The translations under genes and the position numbers were made by a program. A DNA stretch of 63,593 bases, filler included, from Rhabdomonas costata (taxonomy: Eukaryota), in assembly GCA_019059605.1 (NCBI GenBank). It is 53 parts of 53 records of this genome, joined end to end, with 100 filler letters (N's around TTAATTAATTAA, not from the genome) between each part and the next. Parts side by side here need not be neighbours in the genome. Positions count along the whole stretch, not along the records: positions 37,252 to 38,353 come from JAHMHO010028513.1; positions 38,454 to 39,547 come from JAHMHO010028514.1; positions 39,648 to 40,749 come from JAHMHO010028515.1; positions 40,850 to 41,951 come from JAHMHO010028516.1; positions 42,052 to 43,153 come from JAHMHO010028517.1; positions 43,254 to 44,355 come from JAHMHO010028518.1; positions 44,456 to 45,561 come from JAHMHO010028519.1; positions 45,662 to 46,763 come from JAHMHO010028520.1; 45 more parts are not named here. One strand, written 5' to 3'. The notes beneath the pieces are model-generated. The model worked only from the letters and a program-made list of their open reading frames with translations, was not told the DNA's origin and did no database searches. Positions 37,332 through 49,951 of the stretch are shown here, piece by piece. Within the stretch, counting starts at the first letter, position 1. Every line of letters begins with the position of its first letter.

Positions 37332-39010
37332 AGACCAGTTGCATACCTGTGGTGGTTAACCTGCAGTTGGGGGGTTCAAAATGTACGGAGGGCATCAGAC
37401 CACAGGAAGGCTAGCATCACAACGACAGCAAAGGTTTGCACAAAGGTAGGGTGTCAAGCCTACAGCTGTGATTCACTCATGTGTTTCTCTGACGTGCGGA
37501 GCTGATGAATAAAAGGGTACACGGTGCGTGGTTTTGGGCAAGACATAAACAGTGTCCGAGTGCCTTTCAGTGCCGAAACTCATATGTTTATTTTTACTTT
37601 TATTAATGGATTGGCATGATTTGTTGCTTGCCATGTTTTTTGCACCGATTTCTTTTTTCGGGAGTAGTGACCTAGAATCCTGTCATGGGTTTGTGTTGCA
37701 ATTCCCTACGGAATCGGGACATCTGTGAAATGAGAGGATAGCTTGTCTTTAAAACAACGAGAATGGAGCACGTATCTTTCCCACAAAAAACTGTATTTGT
37801 AGTGTCCGCTTCACTTTAAAACTGAGAACGGAGAAATTTTGTCCAAAACCTTTTCGGACTTCACAGCGAAAAATAGAGAAAAAAAGAAAATTCTTATTGA
37901 AATGGGACATCTGTTCCCCACTTTGCTTCGGTACGTAGTTGGTTCACACGCTTCCTGATTGGGTCTCAAAAATTCTCACTTTCAATGTGAAGCGGGCCAC
38001 ATGTTGCGTTACAGTCACCATTGAAAGACAGGCAGATGTACACGCCACAGAATTCTTAACAATATACAACAGAAATCCGGCCACGGCGAAACTCTATCAC
38101 GCACATACTCAATGAACTCGGTTGAAACAATTCCATTCAGCAGGACAAGACAGCGCCAAGGAGAATGTCAGTCATCACTCTGAGAGCTCTGCGGCCGCGG
38201 CGAGCTGTGGAAAAGAAAGGTAAGGTCTTCGGGTACATCAGAGAGTGAAAAGCACGGGGTGGGGCGAACGCTCCTGGAAAGCGGGAGGAGTGCGAGAACA
38301 AAACAAGCCGGAAGCCTATGACCTTATGTCACACCAGGATAGCAAAACACAAANNNNNNNNNNNNNNNNNNNNNNNNNNNNNNNNNNNNNNNNNNNNTTA
38401 ATTAATTAANNNNNNNNNNNNNNNNNNNNNNNNNNNNNNNNNNNNNNNNNNNNGGTGGGGGGGGGCGCTGGGGTTGTCTGTGAACCGTGAACATTACCCT
38501 TTGATGCGAGACGTTGCTACAGATACTCTGATAAGGGACCTTCTGAATCATCTATTGGATGATCAGAGGATTTCAAGAGAGGACCAGTAAGGTGTTGCCT
38601 TACAGCCTAACCATCTAAAACCTATTCGAGAGCACAATGCTAACATTGATCAGGCGTTTTCGTAGTGCATTCTCATTCCCTTGTGAGTGACTGTTTCTGG
38701 GTGACTGTGCCTCACCAAAGTGTGCAAAGTGTTTTTTGGGTGCATGTTCTCTCGCACACATACACATGAATAGCGTGGTTTATACCTCTTGGTCTGTACT
38801 TCTCCTTTCCGCGGCACCACCACGGGTTTTTTACGTCGAAGGGCGGGGGCTCAATTGCAAAAACCCGAATTCGTCTTTGAGGGTTTGCTCTTTGGGCCGT
38901 TTGCAAGGATGCACTCATTGCATCTCAAGGGATGTTGAATGCCGATAATTTCGTCCTTTCAGCAGCACTGCTGCCAAGGCTGTCACTCATTTTCATCCTT
39001 TGGTGCGCAG

Positions 39011-39106
39011 GAGGTGTACATTACGAAGGGGAGTGAAGCCTACCTGGCGGCAAGAAAGACGGGCGCCGCTGTTCCCCCCAAAGAAGTTTGCAACTACTTC
39101 CACAAG
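39011..39106 (+). CDS. Exon, possibly the start of a CCCH zinc finger
   Basis: Phase-0 exon EVYITKGSEAYLAARKTGAAVPPKEVCNYFHK. Confidence 0.4.
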
Positions 39107-39948
39107 GTGTGTGTGTATGTGAATGTGAAGGAGTTCTTCTGGAGGACATGGGCCAGTCCTAAAATAATGCTCTTCTGTTTTGATTCGGAAAACACAGAAA
39201 TTTTATGTTCATACCGAGAACCACGGATGAATACAATGGAGCGCCAGTGCTCTATTAATGCAAACACTTCCCTCGGCACCGCAAATTTTGCTGTGCTCAA
39301 CATCGCCACGGACAGGGCCTGAGACATTCTGGATGACACGAACCCGAGGGGGGGGGTTCCACTACATTGCCGAATCGAACGACTCATGTGCGACCGTAGT
39401 GATGACTAACCCTCCATTCGGTAACTGTGGCGTAATTCCAGGGTTTACGCTCACCTTCTCTGCCTCCCTGGCCGTGAAATGGGGTGTAGGCTCTATGATT
39501 TCTTTGCCATCTGCCTGCGGCAGCAAACGTGCAACTACCCCCAAACCNNNNNNNNNNNNNNNNNNNNNNNNNNNNNNNNNNNNNNNNNNNNTTAATTAAT
39601 TAANNNNNNNNNNNNNNNNNNNNNNNNNNNNNNNNNNNNNNNNNNNNTGTGGGGGGGGCTAACCAGTGGGAACAGACCCAAATCAACGGAATAACAGTGT
39701 CATCTTTTCTTAAAAAGGTAAGGAATATGAATCGGCACCCTCAAAGCGATTGTTAATGCAATGGGGTGGAACGTGACGTGGGGGCTTTTATTTACTTTCT
39801 GTTGTTTGGGTACCACTGGTGACGGTTAGCATCGGCAATGCTGGTAACCATAGCCCCCCCCCTCAACCTCATCATCTTGCATTAGTTATCCCGGTTGACC
39901 ACCCCTGTGCACAGGAGGACGCATCCCGGCACCAACGGACATACGCAC

Positions 39949-40746
39949 CAGCAGCCTCGAGGGCACCGCCGGGGAGGCAGGCACCAGCCCACTGGTGGGG
40001 GCGGCGGCCACCCCTCGGTTAAGGAGGAGCCCGCATTGACCACGCACCGTGGGCTGTTCCAGCAGGCTGCCCAGCAGCAGCTGCACGCCAAACGCGGCGT
40101 GTACCCGGGTCAAAATGGCAATGGCCTGCAGACTGTCCCCACCGACGCTGAACAGGTTGTCCTCGACGCCGAGGTCCGCAATTCCCAGAACTTCACGCCT
40201 GTGAACCACCACATACAGACGGTACAACGGTGAAACCTAATCAAGAAGTACAGCGTGCAAGGTATACGTAAAGGTCGGTGACCCAGAAACCGGTATCACA
40301 GCGACGGCAATGCATCTCACTTGCATTTGTTTTATATGTACAGTTTGGCATCTTTCATAGCTTCTGATTCTCTTTTTTTCATTTTCCAGTTGCTTTTGGA
40401 GCCGACGCTTGTTTTCAAGCTTCATAACAACGCTTTCGCCACCCTAAAAAGAAAAAAAACAGGAAACAGTTACGCCTCAGGTGTACATCGGGATGGGGGT
40501 GACTGGAGGCAGGGCCAGTGATAGAAAAACAGGCGCTGACCAGATCTCTGCGATGGCGACCTCCAGGGAGGTGGATGGGGCGACGTAGGAATTCTCCAGT
40601 TTCGCGGCAGCCGCGGAACGCAGGCGGACTGGGGGCGGAAGCATCGCTACGTTGACCTTGCCGCTGTCCGTCAGGGGGAACTTCGGCACCACGGTCACCG
40701 TGGAGGGAACCATGTACGGGGAGAGCCGCGAGGCCAGGTACACCAC
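39949..40746 (-). CDS. Non-ribosomal peptide synthetase fragment: adenylation C-terminus plus carrier (T/PCP) domain (exons 40746-40541, 40198-39949)
   Basis: YLASRLSPYMVPS...FPLTDSGKVN (A9/A10 motifs), YVAPSTSLEVAIAEIW|REVLGIADLGVEDNLFSVGGDSL (Ppant serine). The W codon is split by a GT-AG intron. Confidence 0.93.
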
Positions 40747-40879
40747 AACNNNNNNNNNNNNNNNNNNNNNNNNNNNNNNNNNNNNNNNNNNNNTTAATTA
40801 ATTAANNNNNNNNNNNNNNNNNNNNNNNNNNNNNNNNNNNNNNNNNNNNGGGGGTGGGGTGGGGTGGGGGGAAGGATGT

Positions 40880-41298
40880 TCCTGGGCCGGTGAGCCGACC
40901 ACCGCCATCAGCACCACACTGAGGAAGCTCCACGCGTGCAGCGCGGTGACCCCAGAGAAGAAGCAGCCCTGGCAGGCCCACACGACATAGGGCACGGCCA
41001 GCCCGTACCCGCACAGCGAAAGGTACAGCGGGGTGAACCGCCCGCGCAGCGCGTACAGCGCCAGCGTGGCCACGCTGGCCACCCCAGTGAGTCCCAGGAA
41101 GGCCCGGAAGGGCACGTAGCGGGCCTCACTGTACGGCACCACGGTGCTGAAGCTGTAGGGCAGCAGGAAGCCTAGAAGCAGCAGGTACCACAGCTGCAGC
41201 CGCACCGCCAACTGCTTCTTAGCCAGAGTGTAATCCGAGTCGGAGGAGGAGAGCCCCGCACGGTGCAGCCGGCGCAGTAGCCGTCCAAGGACAGACAT
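40880..41298 (-). CDS. Multi-pass membrane protein N-terminus (possibly the membrane anchor of a class III cyclase)
   Basis: MSVLGRLLRR...KKQLAVRLQLWYLLLLGFLL followed by about 4 hydrophobic segments. Strongly GC3-rich. The function is a guess. Confidence 0.55.
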
Positions 41299-41824
41299 TT
41301 TTGGATCAGGGGAATGTTTTGGCACTTAGCCCGGGGGAGTAAATGTTCAAAGAGAGTGTGTGAGAGTGGGCGAAGCCGCCAAATGCGCACTTATGATAGT
41401 CAGAGATAGAGATATGAAGGGAAAATGGAGGGGTATGGGGGCATTAAACGACGGAGGTGAGTGCGAACTCTGCGGTGACTGTACAAAATAAAGGAGGAGG
41501 ACTATAGATAGGGACTAGCACGAAAAGTGAGTGTGTGTGTGCGGTAGGGGGGAACCAATTGGGGGGAGGGGATGGCGGTTGCACACGAAATATATGAGGG
41601 TATGAAGAAGAAAGGGTGTGAAGAAAAAGCACTACCACAAGCAATAAAAGGAAAACAGACAGAGAAAGAGTAAAATGGCACAAGCTGTTGAAAAAAGTGA
41701 CGCCGGGTCGTCCAGGGAGCGGAGAGATCCCCATAACCTCAACGCCATTTGGATTCACATATTTCAGTGTCCTCGCGCCCCACAACCGCGGCACGGAGGC
41801 TTTGCAGAGAAGATGCATGTGGGA

Positions 41825-41948
41825 TGGGGGTGAATAATAACCAGAACGTGACTACCACAACAATTGAAATTTGGATCCACGACAGCTATTTTAAGGGCCT
41901 GTAATTCAATTGTTGTGGTAGTCACGTTCTGGTTATTATTCACCCCCA
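41825..41948. repeat. Perfect 44-bp hairpin, 36-nt loop, at the contig end
   Basis: 41825-41868 is the reverse complement of 41905-41948. Confidence 0.9.
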
Positions 41949-44175
41949 CACNNNNNNNNNNNNNNNNNNNNNNNNNNNNNNNNNNNNNNNNNNNNTTAAT
42001 TAATTAANNNNNNNNNNNNNNNNNNNNNNNNNNNNNNNNNNNNNNNNNNNNTGTTGTTTTTTTTTGTTTTTTGTGCTGCCCGAAGAAGCTGGTTGTTGGA
42101 GGGCTTGGGGGTCGGGGGTCGGGGCGTAAGATTAAAGGAGGATGGAAACCAATGCTCACAGTTTGGGTATAATGTAAAAGAACTGATTTACAGTGGTATA
42201 GAAGAGGACCGACACGATGCACGATGGAAAAACAAAGGCAAGAATTGCGCACTTGAGCAAAAGAAAGACAATGAATAAACAAAGTTAAGGAGGTCGTTCA
42301 ATCGGTTTTCTTTTCTTTTGTGCGCTTCTGGTGGGGATGGTGCCCCTCTGCTTAAGATTTGGAAGAAGCTCCTGGCTTTCCTGGTTTTCCTGGCTTTTTG
42401 TGCTCATTGCGGACGTCTCATTTCCTTTTCTTCCGTTGCATCCTTGTGCTTTTTTGGTGTTTCCAGGTCAGAAGTGCACGTGGGATCTCCCTGCATCTCG
42501 TATGACCACCCACCATCAGCGCAACTTGTTGACCTCATTGTCATTTCTTCTCGAATACTTTGGTGGCTGTATCCAATGGGATAACAGGAAGAGATATTTT
42601 GGGAATCTGTGTCCGAAAGTCCGCCTCCTTTTTGTTCATTTGTTGTTGAAGTGTTTTTGTGTGATTACAGGGATGGTAAACACAAGCCACCCCGACCCGG
42701 TATGATTTTTGAACGGCCCATACTTTTGTTGATCCTTCGCACACCTTCAGAATGGTAGGGATGATGTCGAAAATTCCGCGGGATTAGTGACAGAAGGCAG
42801 GGGCCCTGGCTGTTTCCCTTTTGCTTAACAGAATTAGGTGTGCCGAGAAGTCACAGCAAACTGCTTTTGCACACTGTGCCACAACCTTCGGCTTTTGCCT
42901 TCCACACGCAGATCCTCGTCACAAACTTGTGCGTTTACACATGGCGACAGTTGGAAATACATGGGAAACAGATGATACGGCGACAGAAGAAATTTCCGAT
43001 GCCATCGGAAAAAGCAGAAGCATGCGTCAAGCTCGACGCTGTGATAAAATCAGTGTTCAGTGGTTTTGTACTTTGTGCGCAGGGGATCTTCCGTCCGGAT
43101 TTGATCTCAAGGTTTGCTTTTATTGTCGAATTGTTTTCGGAACTAACTCTAAANNNNNNNNNNNNNNNNNNNNNNNNNNNNNNNNNNNNNNNNNNNNTTA
43201 ATTAATTAANNNNNNNNNNNNNNNNNNNNNNNNNNNNNNNNNNNNNNNNNNNNCTTTTTTGCTGCAGACGATTTGATCAATTATTCTTTAAGGGGTTTGG
43301 GAATTCATTACTATCCTGGTTGCATGTGTCAGAGGGTGTGTTGGAGTGTCGAGGGAGTGGGGAGGGGTGTCTTTCTGTCTCAAGGATGTGCAAAGGGCTG
43401 ATGTAAGGGTGTATTTCCACGCGTATGAGTAACGGCTTAGGGTGTTGAGAAGTGAGTTGAGGGGTTGAGGAGGAGTGAAAGCACCTTATGGTGGTGTAAC
43501 GACGACTCTATCTCAAAGGCAAGCCCAATGGTCCTTCCCTTGATTGTGAGGTGAGGCTTTTCTTATTCTTCTTTCTTTGGTTTTCTTTTTGCACAGGCTG
43601 GGACAGAGAGGCACGCCCCTAGTTTTTCCCGTCTATTTCACGGCCTCCGGCAGCTTTGCAGGCGCAAGGAGACCAGCTCGGATGTATTGTTTTTTCCTTT
43701 CCCCTTCCATCCTTCTTCCGACTTTTCTGTTACAGTAACTGTTTTGTAGTTCTTCCGACGCGGAACTTCACTCAGCTCACCTCGCGTCTTTCCATTCCTA
43801 TCGCTGACATTCCTGGTTTTCCTGCTGGCACCCATCCTTGCCTTACCCTCGAATAATATCCATTTCCCCACCGTTATTGGGGCTTCACGGACACGGACGC
43901 AGACATGCGTTTATCCTCCATATCCCTGTTCTTGTGCGCATGGTTTCCGTGTGCCCCTATGATCAGCAGACACTGGGCAATGGATGGCAATGGTGTGACT
44001 GTACGAGGACTTCATTGACTGTACGAGGCACTTGCCTCTCTGTTTCAAACAGAGCATGTGTTTTTGTTCCTTTTCCCTCAAATTGTCCGGCGTGTTTAGC
44101 TGCAGCTAGGTACTGGCCCTAGTACCACTGGAAATTGCCATTTCTTTTCTTTTCGTTTGCAGGTGTACTCAAAGA

Positions 44176-44355
44176 TGAAGCCCACCACTCGACTGGTCAT
44201 GATGGTGTCCGTAATGAGTCTGGTGATGTGCTTGGCCGTGGGAGGCACGGCGGTGGGGGTGAGCTTTGGGAGCTCTGTGAACAACCAGAAGGACAGCTTG
44301 CAGAAGGAGCTGGCGATGGTGCTGAACGCCGTGCAGATCTTCTCCGTCACACAGG
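44176..44355 (+). CDS. N-terminal TM segment of a receptor-like protein
   Basis: MKPTTRLVMMVSVMSLVMCLAVGGTAVGVSFGSSVNNQKDSLQKEL: a TM helix followed by an amphipathic helix. Confidence 0.5.
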
Positions 44356-44677
44356 NNNNNNNNNNNNNNNNNNNNNNNNNNNNNNNNNNNNNNNNNNNNT
44401 TAATTAATTAANNNNNNNNNNNNNNNNNNNNNNNNNNNNNNNNNNNNNNNNNNNNCACGGGGTGGTTGGGATTCATACCTCAACAGATGATTGAGGTAAT
44501 GGAACTGGGATCCGATGTGTTTGCAGAGTACGGTGTCTCTCACTTGCCTCTTTCTGACGTGTGTAATTGTATGCGAGTCAAGCGCGCAAATCCAAGAAGA
44601 CACCATTAAGGGGGAGAGAGTATCCCCTCTTCAGCTTCCTAGAGGCTGTGTGGAGGGCCGCACGGGCCGCAGCCTCT

Positions 44678-44679
<2 letters not shown>

Positions 44680-44717
<38 letters not shown>

Positions 44718-44868
44718 GTGAAGGCATCTCACTTTTTGGGTGAGCGATCTGGAACAATGCTCCTTGATAATGACACTTGATGATGATATAAAGGAGAGAG
44801 AAGGTTCCAGCTTTCAGGCTAGTAGAGGTGTGGTGGGCAGCATGCGATGCAGTCTCTGTTACCCCCTG

Positions 44869-44916
<48 letters not shown>
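44680..44916. repeat. Microsatellites (CT)n 44680-44715 and (CA)n 44870-44916
   Basis: Read directly. Other (CA)n tracts lie near 11592, 25811 and 61802. Confidence 0.97.
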
Positions 44917-44918
<2 letters not shown>

Positions 44919-45781
44919 GCTCTCACCAGAGCGAAGAGCGGCGGCACAAATGCTAACCTCAGTCAGCACCACCGCTGCGACAGATGCCGGGCGCGGGCCC
45001 GGGGCACGCGGGGGTTGTCCCAACCGCGCCCCCCGGAGCCACGAGTCGAAGTCCAACAGGAGCTGTTCCTGGGCAGAGGGGGGCGCTTTCCCGCGGGTGG
45101 GGATGCCCGCCGTGATGCCCTCACCGCCCTTACGCATGTCGCTGAGGCGGTACATCCACCTATGAGAGCCGCAACGACCGCGCAAAGCTTATCCCTCACA
45201 CCATCCATGGATATGTATGGCGCTCGGTGGCAAGCGACCTCAGGTACCGCGACAAAGCGGAACAGCCGACGTTGGGGATGAGGAGCGTCGAACTTTCAGC
45301 CTAAACTAAAGGCCATCGACGTGTTGAACCATGCTGAGCGAGAGAGGTCAACAACCCATCAAGCAATAACGATTATGCCCCCCTTACAAAGTCTGCATAC
45401 TCTAGGTCCTTGTCCTCAGATATTCCGGTGTTCGACTCGGGCAGGGGCTGCAGGCCCGCCACCACCTTCGCTGGGTTGCGGTACGCCAGCCGCAGCACCG
45501 TGCACGGCACGCTGGGCATGTGACACTCCACCTTAGAGAAACACACCACGGCACAAAAAACNNNNNNNNNNNNNNNNNNNNNNNNNNNNNNNNNNNNNNN
45601 NNNNNTTAATTAATTAANNNNNNNNNNNNNNNNNNNNNNNNNNNNNNNNNNNNNNNNNNNNTTTCTTCGTGATGGAGTGGAGAAGTTGGTTTGTCGTGTT
45701 GGTTGTCATTGCTGGTAAATCTTTGGTATCTGTTATGAGCTGGTTTGCTTTTGTTTTGTGTGTGCGTTTTCCTCGGCACCT

Positions 45782-46763
45782 ATGAAAGTGGTCTTCCTGG
45801 ATATCGACGGGGTGCTTCATCCGGTGACAGGCGGGGAGTGCTTCCTTCCTTGCTGTATGGACAGGCTTCGGCGAATCGTGGAAACTACGGGGGCACAGAT
45901 AGTGCTGTCTTCGTCATGGCGGGGCATTCCCACCAATGTGGACCATGTCAACGCAAACCTTCAGGAGCACGGTATCCCAAAGGTGATTGGCAAGACTAGC
46001 AAAGGTTTGCCGCTATATGTATTCGTGCTGGAGGGAGAGAGAACCACACAACGTGCTCAAGCGTGGCTGTATTTCTGTGTTCGGGTCAAGCACCGGATTT
46101 CAGGTAAACTACTTGGATGGCATTTGGAATTCTTCCCTTCTCGCCCCCCTCCTTCACGTTCGAAGTTTCCCTTGGCTTTTGCTGCAACTGTGGGACTTCC
46201 CCCACACACACCTACTGTCCAACAACACACCTGCTCCTGGCGTTTTTCATTCTGCTACACTTTTTCATGCTGCACCTGGGCAGGCAGGAATCGCCCTTGA
46301 CCGGGTGGCCCATGACTAGGGCAATTGTATTTGGGTGGAGAGGGGGGCGTTAAAAGTTAAGATTGTTTGTTCTTTTTGGATCGATTTGGACAGCATTACT
46401 TTATGGGCGGAGCGGACAGATGATTATTTGTTTTGTATATTCTGCTACAGGACTGTTAAGTGCCGTTTTGAGTCAGGCAGGAATGTGTGGGTTCTTGCCA
46501 ATTCAGGGTCCCGTCGGGCGCATCAAATCGCGTGTTGGTTGGAGCACCACCCCGAGGTCACTCACTACGTCATCCTTGATGACGCGGACCTCTCTGCCGA
46601 GTCCAGATTTGCGGGGCACGTCGTGCGCACCGCCTCCCAGGTGGGCCTGACCGACCCTCTTGCCGAGCTGGCTGTGCAGATTCTCTCTGGAGCTGCGCTG
46701 GCTCACCCCTTTGCTGTTCTCCAAGAATCGCTGAAACCCATGCCGATCCGGAAACCACCAAAA
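45782..46763 (+). CDS. HAD-family phosphatase of the Swiss-Army-Knife RNA-repair type (HAD_SAK) (exons 45782-46004, 46507-46763)
   Basis: MKVVFLDIDGVL...LRRIVETTGAQIVLSSSWR...IGKT|...RAHQIACWL...YVILDD...VGLT: all family motifs are present, with an in-phase intron. Confidence 0.88.
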
Positions 46764-46890
46764 NNNNNNNNNNNNNNNNNNNNNNNNNNNNNNNNNNNNN
46801 NNNNNNNTTAATTAATTAANNNNNNNNNNNNNNNNNNNNNNNNNNNNNNNNNNNNNNNNNNNNGGTTTGGTTTAATGAGAGTGTCGAAAC

Positions 46891-46950
46891 GCCCCTAACG
46901 CCCCCTAACCCTAACCCCTAACTCCTTTTAGGCTAGGGTAAGGTATTAGG
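46891..46950. repeat. Degenerate telomeric (CCCTAA/TTAGGG) repeats near the contig start
   Basis: CCCCTAACGCCCCCTAACCCTAACCCCTAA followed by degenerate TTAGG units. Confidence 0.65.
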
Positions 46951-48114
46951 TTAAACTAATCCAAAACTCGACACTCCCAGTCTCAACCAGGTGTGTAGTT
47001 GTGCCATTAAAAGACGAAATGCAACGGAAAATAATGCAAATGGCAAAAGGATGACACTTGAAACACGCACAAACACGAAAATTTTTGATCCAGAAATCCT
47101 AATTAGCATGATCAATATCACTTACAATTACAAACGGGGTGCCGATAGTAGCATCATGACGGCGCACCCCCCCTCCCAAGCCTTAGTCAAGAAAAAAAAG
47201 ATTAACAATATATTATCTCGTGTTCCTTCTTGTGAATTATTTTTGGTGCTGCACCCCAGACGCTTCCAGAACTCCTGCCTGTGCCGCAGTGCCGTGACCT
47301 CTTTCACAAAAAAATTGGATTATTAATTATCAATATTATCAGTATCACACACACACACACACCTCTTCACGAAAGGCGCCTGGCGTGCCCTGGGCCGTGG
47401 TGGGGCGAGGGCTGGACTCCCTGGTCGCCCTGCACGCCTGTTTCCTGTGCCACCGCCCTGTGGTGATGGTGGACCCCGATGACTTCTACCTCCCACAGCT
47501 GCTGGCGATATTTAATCTATTTAATAGATATTAAATAGAATATTATAAATACAATTGAATTATAAAATATTAGGGTATTATTGATAGAATAACATTCTTC
47601 ACATTTCTCTCTATGATCACTTGACCTCCATTCTCCGTGGGCCCAGGCGGCCTAGAGCCTTGCCTGGGTCCCGTTCATGCGGGTGAAGTGTTGAAGGTTG
47701 CCTCCTCAATTGTAATTTCCTTTACCTACATCTCATCACCTTTAGCCATCCTGGACACTCCATCTTCACCCAGTTTTCTGTTTGGCCTCGTGCCAGCTAG
47801 CGCGCAATACGCTCAACACACACACACACACACAACCCACACACAGAAACGCGCCTCCGCGCGCCAACCTTCTTCGCCTATGCCTACACCTGCGTTCACA
47901 GAATGTTGCATCTGGTACCAAGCATGCACCAGGGCCTGGAACGACTGGCATCAACCCCCCACCACNNNNNNNNNNNNNNNNNNNNNNNNNNNNNNNNNNN
48001 NNNNNNNNNTTAATTAATTAANNNNNNNNNNNNNNNNNNNNNNNNNNNNNNNNNNNNNNNNNNNNGGTGGTGGTGTATGAAGCAAAATAATGCTACAGTT
48101 TCTATCCTGGAACT

Positions 48115-48149
48115 TTCCGTTCCGTTCCGTTCCGTTCCGTTCCGTTCCG
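48115..48149. repeat. (TTCCG)7 pentanucleotide repeat
   Basis: Read directly. Confidence 0.95.
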
Positions 48150-48254
48150 TCTCTTGGCAGCGTTTTTGGATTTGGTTTGGTGCCGAGGCTTACACTCTGA
48201 GCATTAAGACACAACAGACGTATACACCGATGCACATGAACATAGGGAAGGAAC

Positions 48255-49152
48255 CTATCGGCAGAAGGACTTTCGGGAACGGGCGCTGGGCATGGCGTCG
48301 CCCTAAGGGAGTCCACATTGTTCTTCTCCGCGGTCTTCAGCTCGCGCCCCAGGCCGTCGAAGTCACGGCGTAGCCGCCGGATCTTTGCAAGCTGGGCACC
48401 TGCCAGGGCACAAGCGGAACAGCAGAACTGACTGAACTGACTGAAACCAGCCGCTAAAAGCCATCATAGCACTGTCCAAGGAAGGAGGGAAGAGTTAACA
48501 AAGATGAATAGGGGCCAAAAGGGGGGCGCAGGAGGGATCGTGACAACTTCAAGCACCTACTCATCTGGGCCAGTATGGGGTCGATTCCTTCTGGGATTAT
48601 TCACCAAACGAATTGGAGCTCAGGCTAAAGTTTATTGGATCGTTCTTCGAATACGCAAAATAGGCAGGGAACCGGACCAAGCCTCCCCTGATGTGGTGAA
48701 TCTCTTAGCACAAACAACTCATACGCATAGCACAAACAACACTCAGTGCCATACCCAATGAGCTCAGTTAAGTTTGCGTTTTGTGATGAGCGTTTTGAAG
48801 ATGAAGAATTGCCAACAAAAACGTGCCTCAAAACCGCAGCGGAGACCTTCGCAGAGGAGCTTTAGGCACGCTTTTGCTTTCCACTAAAAAGCGCACTGGA
48901 ACCTGGAAGCTGCAACCACCCTTGCACACCTTCCATCTGAAGACCCTCCGCCTCGTCGAGAAGCCTGAGAATGGCACTGCTCAGCATTCGGGCATTGCTT
49001 CGGGTCTGGGCGAGTTCCCTTCGGAAGGCAGGTGTGTCCTGGGAGCCCCCCAGCGCATCCGTGGCTGCTCGGATGCTCCCGACAAGCTTGACCAGGGTGT
49101 ATATGTTCTCCTGAATGCTACGCAACTTGCAGTCAGCGGCACCGCCATCCAT
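48255..49152 (-). CDS. Syntaxin-7/Pep12-like Habc domain (exons 49152-48903 and 48399 to about 48255; second exon end uncertain)
   Basis: IQENIYTL...LGGSQDTPAFRRELAQTR...|GAQLAKIRRLRRDF contains the LGTxxDTxxLR and KLxxDF motifs, spliced in phase. Confidence 0.7.
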
Positions 49153-49770
49153 TTTGCACCAAAAAACNNNNNNNNNNNNNNNNNNNNNNNNNNNNNNNNN
49201 NNNNNNNNNNNTTAATTAATTAANNNNNNNNNNNNNNNNNNNNNNNNNNNNNNNNNNNNNNNNNNNNTGGTTTGTGTGGATGCATTGACATCCTTTCGCA
49301 CATGGACCAGGGGGATGTTTTATTTTATGGTCCGGCGTGTTCTACCGCCTCGCAGCTGGCGGCGTGCGTGGCCCCGCACGGATTTCAGGCCGTCACGCGC
49401 ACGCACACACACACGGACACACCGTTGAACTCCTCCAAGCGACGAGCCTCACGCTCAGCGGCCCTTGCTGTGAGCATCAAAACACGGAGAGGAAGCTCTG
49501 CCAAATGCCCCTTCACTATTGTAATCTTCCCTCGACTGACCCTGGTGTGCGGGAGAGAGGTACTCTTGCCCCAGGCCATCAACACACACACATACAATCC
49601 TTTGCACTCATGGGAAAAACTGCAAATCTGCTTCTTCCCATGGTTGCTCGCGCCTGGGGCTCGGCCTTTATCTCCAGTTCCTCTACCTCCATTCCTCCGC
49701 TGTCCCTACACGAAAGCGCTCATTCTAGACACGCAGTTCAATGTGCCGCCACATAGACACACATACTCAC

Positions 49771-49951
49771 CTGCGGCTTTCTCCCGGGCCTGAAGGAGGG
49801 CCTGCTGGCGATCGGAGAGGTCCTTTCCGCGCAGCAACTGGTCGATCTCGGCGCGTTGCTTCTCCACCTCGTTGGTGCTGGCCTGCTGGAATTGCGTCAT
49901 CACCTGAAGCTTCAGCTCGTCGACCTGCTGCTCCAGCTCCCGAATGGTGAC
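49771..49951 (-). CDS. Coiled-coil protein exon
   Basis: CAG/GTGAG-bounded exon VTIRELEQQVDELKLQV...QAREKAA. Confidence 0.6.

Noticed and set aside
39219..39270. AAC CAC GGA TGA as a continuation of a CCCH finger with TGA read as Cys
   Set aside because: The acceptor is poor and the remaining C/H residues are not in frame, so there is no support for recoding.
189..46763. Piwi + DDX1 + RT + HAD_SAK as a linked RNA defence/repair system
   Set aside because: They lie on different contigs joined artificially, with no evidence of linkage.
48085..48110. GCTACAGTTTCT resembling a kinetoplastid/diplonemid spliced-leader core
   Set aside because: The match is short and lacks the following GTACTTTATTG and donor site, so chance is plausible.
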